Below, one piece after another: positions 60,928 through 64,000 of a stretch of DNA of 64,000 nt. The notes beneath the pieces are model-generated. The model worked only from the letters and a program-made list of their open reading frames with translations. It searched no databases and had not been told where the DNA came from. The first letter of the stretch is position 1; each line of letters starts with the position of its first letter. The position numbers were made by a program, and so were the translations under genes. Source of the stretch: Deltaproteobacteria bacterium (GTDB lineage Bacteria; Myxococcota_A; UBA796; UBA2385); the NCBI GenBank assembly GCA_018401435.1, contig JAGYJW010000024.1, positions 33,122 through 97,121 on the forward strand. The letters are read 5' to 3'.

Positions 60928-62331
60928 GTGCGCGTCATGCTCATCCGGCCTCCCGCCCGCCACACCGTCGAGAGCGAGGTCCCCGAGGCCGTAGAGGCCG
61001 AGAACCTCTCCTACCCGCCCCTGGCCCTGCTCAGCATCGGCCAGTTCCTGCTCGACCAGAGCGACCACGAGGTGCGCATCATCGACGCGCAGCTCGATGA
61101 TCTGCCCTATGAAGACCTGGGCAGGCAGGTGCGCGACTGGGCGCCCGATGTGGTGGGCATCACCGCCTTCACGGTGCAGCTGGTGGATGTGCACAAGACC
61201 ATCCGCGCCTGCAAGGAGGCCGGCGTGCCCCGGGTGGTGGTGGGCGGCCCCCATGTCAACGACTTCCCGCAGGAGTGCCTGGACCTGCCGGGCGTGGACG
61301 CCGTGGTCAAGGGCGAGGGCCAGAAGCCCATGTTGGACCTGGTGAATTGCTGGGCCAAGGGCGAGGTGGCCAAGGGCATCCCCGGCGTGATGGCCCACCC
61401 CGACGACCCGGTGCCGGTGGACGACGTCTACTTCACCAACGACCTGGACGAGTACCCCATCCTCGACCGGTCCCTCATCGATTACCAGCGCTACTACGAT
61501 GTCATGGGCGAGGGCGGCGTCTTCACCACCATGATCTCCAGCCGCGGCTGCCCCTACCGCTGCACCTTCTGCAACACGCCGCGCCACCGCTACCGGGTGA
61601 TGTCGCCGGGGCGGGTCTGTGATGAGATCGCCGCCTGCCTCGATCTGGGTATCCGCGAGATCTACTTCGTGGACGACACCTTCAACATCACCAACAAGCG
61701 CGTGATCGACCTCTGCGACGAGATCATCAGCCGGGGGCTCAAGTTCTCCTGGACCGTGCGCTTCCGGGTGAAGGGCGTGGACCGCGAGCTGCTCGAGAAG
61801 ATGAAGGCCGCCGGCTGCACCCGCATCCAGTTCGGGGTGGAGCAGGGCACCGAAGAGGGCCTGCTGCGGCTGAAGAAGGACGTGACCAGCCGCGAGATCG
61901 AGCACGCCTTCGCGCTCTGCCGCGATGTGGGCATCCACACCGTCGCCTACTTCATGATCGGCACCCCGACGGAACGCTCGCGCCAGGATGTGCTCGACAC
62001 CATCGACTACAGCATCCGGCTCAAGCCCGACTTCGTGATGTACAACATCCTGACGCCTTTCCCGGGCACCACCCTCTACGACGAGGGCGTGCGCGACGGC
62101 GTGCTCGACCTGGAGCCCTGGCTGCAGTTCATGCGGGCCCCCAACGAAGAGTTCAAGGCCCAGGTCTGGGATGAGTACTTCAGCCGCGAAGACCTGCGGG
62201 AGCTGCTGAACCTGGCCTATCGGCGCTTCTACTGGCGCCCCAGCTTTGTGCTGCGCAACGCCTTCCAGGTGCGCAATCTCAACGATTTCAAGCGCAAGGC
62301 CACCGCGGGCTTGCGCCTGCTGGCGAGCTAG
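60928..62331 (+). CDS. B12-binding-domain radical SAM protein
   Basis: N-terminal cobalamin-binding-like Rossmann region (VVGITAFT...VVVGGPH). CX3CX2C motif SSRGCPYRCTFCN. Alternative start at ATG 60937. Confidence 0.8.
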   Translation: MRVMLIRPPARHTVESEVPEAVEAENLSYPPLALLSIGQFLLDQSDHEVRIIDAQLDDLPYEDLGRQVRDWAPDVVGITAFTVQLVDVHKTIRACKEAGVPRVVVGGPHVNDFPQECLDLPGVDAVVKGEGQKPMLDLVNCWAKGEVAKGIPGVMAHPDDPVPVDDVYFTNDLDEYPILDRSLIDYQRYYDVMGEGGVFTTMISSRGCPYRCTFCNTPRHRYRVMSPGRVCDEIAACLDLGIREIYFVDDTFNITNKRVIDLCDEIISRGLKFSWTVRFRVKGVDRELLEKMKAAGCTRIQFGVEQGTEEGLLRLKKDVTSREIEHAFALCRDVGIHTVAYFMIGTPTERSRQDVLDTIDYSIRLKPDFVMYNILTPFPGTTLYDEGVRDGVLDLEPWLQFMRAPNEEFKAQVWDEYFSREDLRELLNLAYRRFYWRPSFVLRNAFQVRNLNDFKRKATAGLRLLAS

Positions 62332-62345
62332 CCACCGAGGGTCCC

Positions 62346-63950
62346 ATGCACGGCGAAGATCAGGTCGAAGCCCGCCCGGCCTCCAAGCGCGGGCCCGGCG
62401 ACGCCCCGCGCCCCTTCCGGGTGGCGCTGATGACCATCTACAGCGTCGAGAACGCCGGCATCCGCTATGTCTCTGCTGCATTGCAGCGGGAGGGCATCGA
62501 CACCCACATCATCTTTCTGCGGGATTGGGTGCACAACCGCCTGAGCATGCCCAGCGACGAGGAATTCGAGGTCGCTCTCAAGGTCATCGAAGAGCAGGGT
62601 GCCGACCTGGTGGGCATCGGCTTCATGTCCAGCCTCTACCCGATGGCCCTGGAGGCCACCAAGCGCATCAAGGCGCGCTTCCCGGACCTGCCGGTGCTCT
62701 GGGGCGGCATCCACCCCACCTCGGCTCCCGAAGACTGCATCCAGGACGTGGACTACCTCTGCGTGGGCGAAGGCGAGCTTGCGGCCGTGGACCTGTGCAA
62801 GGCCCTGCGCGATGGCGCCGACGACACCACCATCCCCAACATCTGGGTCAACCGCAGCGGCGAGGTCTTCCGCAACAAGCCGCGGCCGCTCATCCAGGAT
62901 CTCGACTGGCTGCCCTATCCCGACGTGCGGGACGACAACAAGACCTATATCGAGAAGGACCGGGTGCGCCGCGAGGAGCCCTGGAAGCGCACCGCCGAAT
63001 ACCGCATCTACTTCTCGCGGGGTTGCCCCTACAACTGCTCCTATTGCTACGTCTCCATCTTGCGGGATGTCTACGACGAGAAGGGCCGCAAGTTCTACCG
63101 GGCGCGGTCGGTGGACCACATCCTGGGCGAGCTTCGGGCCATTCAGGAGACCTTCCCCAAGGTCGCCCGCATCAAGATCGACGACGACACATCCTTCGCC
63201 TTCGGCCAGAGCTGGATGGAGGAATTCCTCGACCGCTACCCCAAAGAGGTCGGCATCCCCTTTGAGTGCCTGCTCATCCCCCCGATGATGCGGCCCGACA
63301 TGCTCAGGCGCCTGATGGGGGCGGGCCTGGTGCGGGTGCAGACCGGCATCGAGAGCGCCTCTTCGGAAGAGAGCAAGGAATTCCACAACCGCTCGCCGGG
63401 CAACCAGGCGATCATGACCTTCGCCGAAGCCAACAAGGAGATGGGCCTGAACGTCGTCTACGACGTGATTGTGGACAATCCCCACGCCACCGAGAAGATG
63501 AAGCTGGAGACGGCGGAATTCCTGCTGGAGCTGCCCACCCCCTATGACATCTACTTCTACAGCCTGAACTACTTCCCGGGCACCGCCCTCACCAAGAAGG
63601 GGCTGGAGGACGGATCTCTCGACCCGTCGATGGTGGAGGGCAAGAATACCAAGGCCTGGTACCAGTTCCGGGTGAGCATGGACTGGCCCCGCTCCGACGA
63701 GGATCGCTTCTACCTGGCCATCTTCAGCCTCGCGTCCAAGAGCTTCGTGCCCCGGCGCTTCATCCGAAAGCTGCTGGACGAGCGCGAGTATTGGAAGCGC
63801 CCCGAAAACATCGAGCGCGTCTACCAGCTGGCCTGGGCCTCGAATTACGCCAAGATGTTCTATGTGGCGCTGCGCTACTTCAAGAATGGCGAGCTGACCT
63901 GGTTCAAGATCCGTCAGTATGGCTCGCTCAAGAAGATGATCAGCCAATAG
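62346..63950 (+). CDS. B12-binding-domain radical SAM protein (second, paralogous)
   Basis: LVGIGFMSS...VLWGGIHPT and SRGCPYNCSYCY (CX3CX2C). Long C-terminal extension. Confidence 0.8.
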   Translation: MHGEDQVEARPASKRGPGDAPRPFRVALMTIYSVENAGIRYVSAALQREGIDTHIIFLRDWVHNRLSMPSDEEFEVALKVIEEQGADLVGIGFMSSLYPMALEATKRIKARFPDLPVLWGGIHPTSAPEDCIQDVDYLCVGEGELAAVDLCKALRDGADDTTIPNIWVNRSGEVFRNKPRPLIQDLDWLPYPDVRDDNKTYIEKDRVRREEPWKRTAEYRIYFSRGCPYNCSYCYVSILRDVYDEKGRKFYRARSVDHILGELRAIQETFPKVARIKIDDDTSFAFGQSWMEEFLDRYPKEVGIPFECLLIPPMMRPDMLRRLMGAGLVRVQTGIESASSEESKEFHNRSPGNQAIMTFAEANKEMGLNVVYDVIVDNPHATEKMKLETAEFLLELPTPYDIYFYSLNYFPGTALTKKGLEDGSLDPSMVEGKNTKAWYQFRVSMDWPRSDEDRFYLAIFSLASKSFVPRRFIRKLLDEREYWKRPENIERVYQLAWASNYAKMFYVALRYFKNGELTWFKIRQYGSLKKMISQ

Positions 63951-63977
63951 AAGGCGGGTCCAAGGCGGAGGAGCGAG

Positions 63978-64000
63978 ATGGCGGAGGAGAAGCGCGGCGG
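63978..64000 (+). CDS. start of a further gene (MAEEKRG...), cut by the window edge
   Basis: GGAGGAG lies 7 nt upstream of ATG 63978. Only 7 codons are visible. Confidence 0.25.

Overview
Very GC-rich bacterial chromosomal segment. The gene content suggests Myxococcota (inference only): a MYXO-CTERM-like sorting tail, many Cys-rich, FG-GAP and HEAT lipoproteins, and a giant coiled-coil gene. I can support about 45 protein-coding genes. The main blocks are: (i) an overlapping trio of a cyanophycin-synthetase-like ligase, a calpain-like protease and a beta-helix protein; (ii) a recC-recB-recD operon whose last stop codon overlaps the start of an unusual long asparaginase-family gene; (iii) three decayed ISAs1-family insertion sequences, one single and two in tandem, each placed at the same distance and orientation from a conserved 60-bp palindrome; (iv) asnS, an M48 peptidase and a ~3.9-kb coiled-coil gene broken by about 20 frame switches; (v) housekeeping and envelope genes (UPF0182, DUF885, xthA, aminotransferase, an orphan CbbQ/CbbO-type AAA+/VWA pair, an RNA m5U methyltransferase, a sigma-28-family factor, an MMPL transporter, nadK, dapF); (vi) two tandem B12-binding radical SAM genes running off the right edge. 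No rRNA, tRNA or CRISPR array was found. Nearly every real gene carries a long stop-free antisense shadow ORF, which is a high-GC artefact. Frame disruptions cluster strongly in a few regions. From sequence alone I cannot tell real pseudogenisation from unpolished consensus errors. All product calls come from motifs read by eye, not from database searches.
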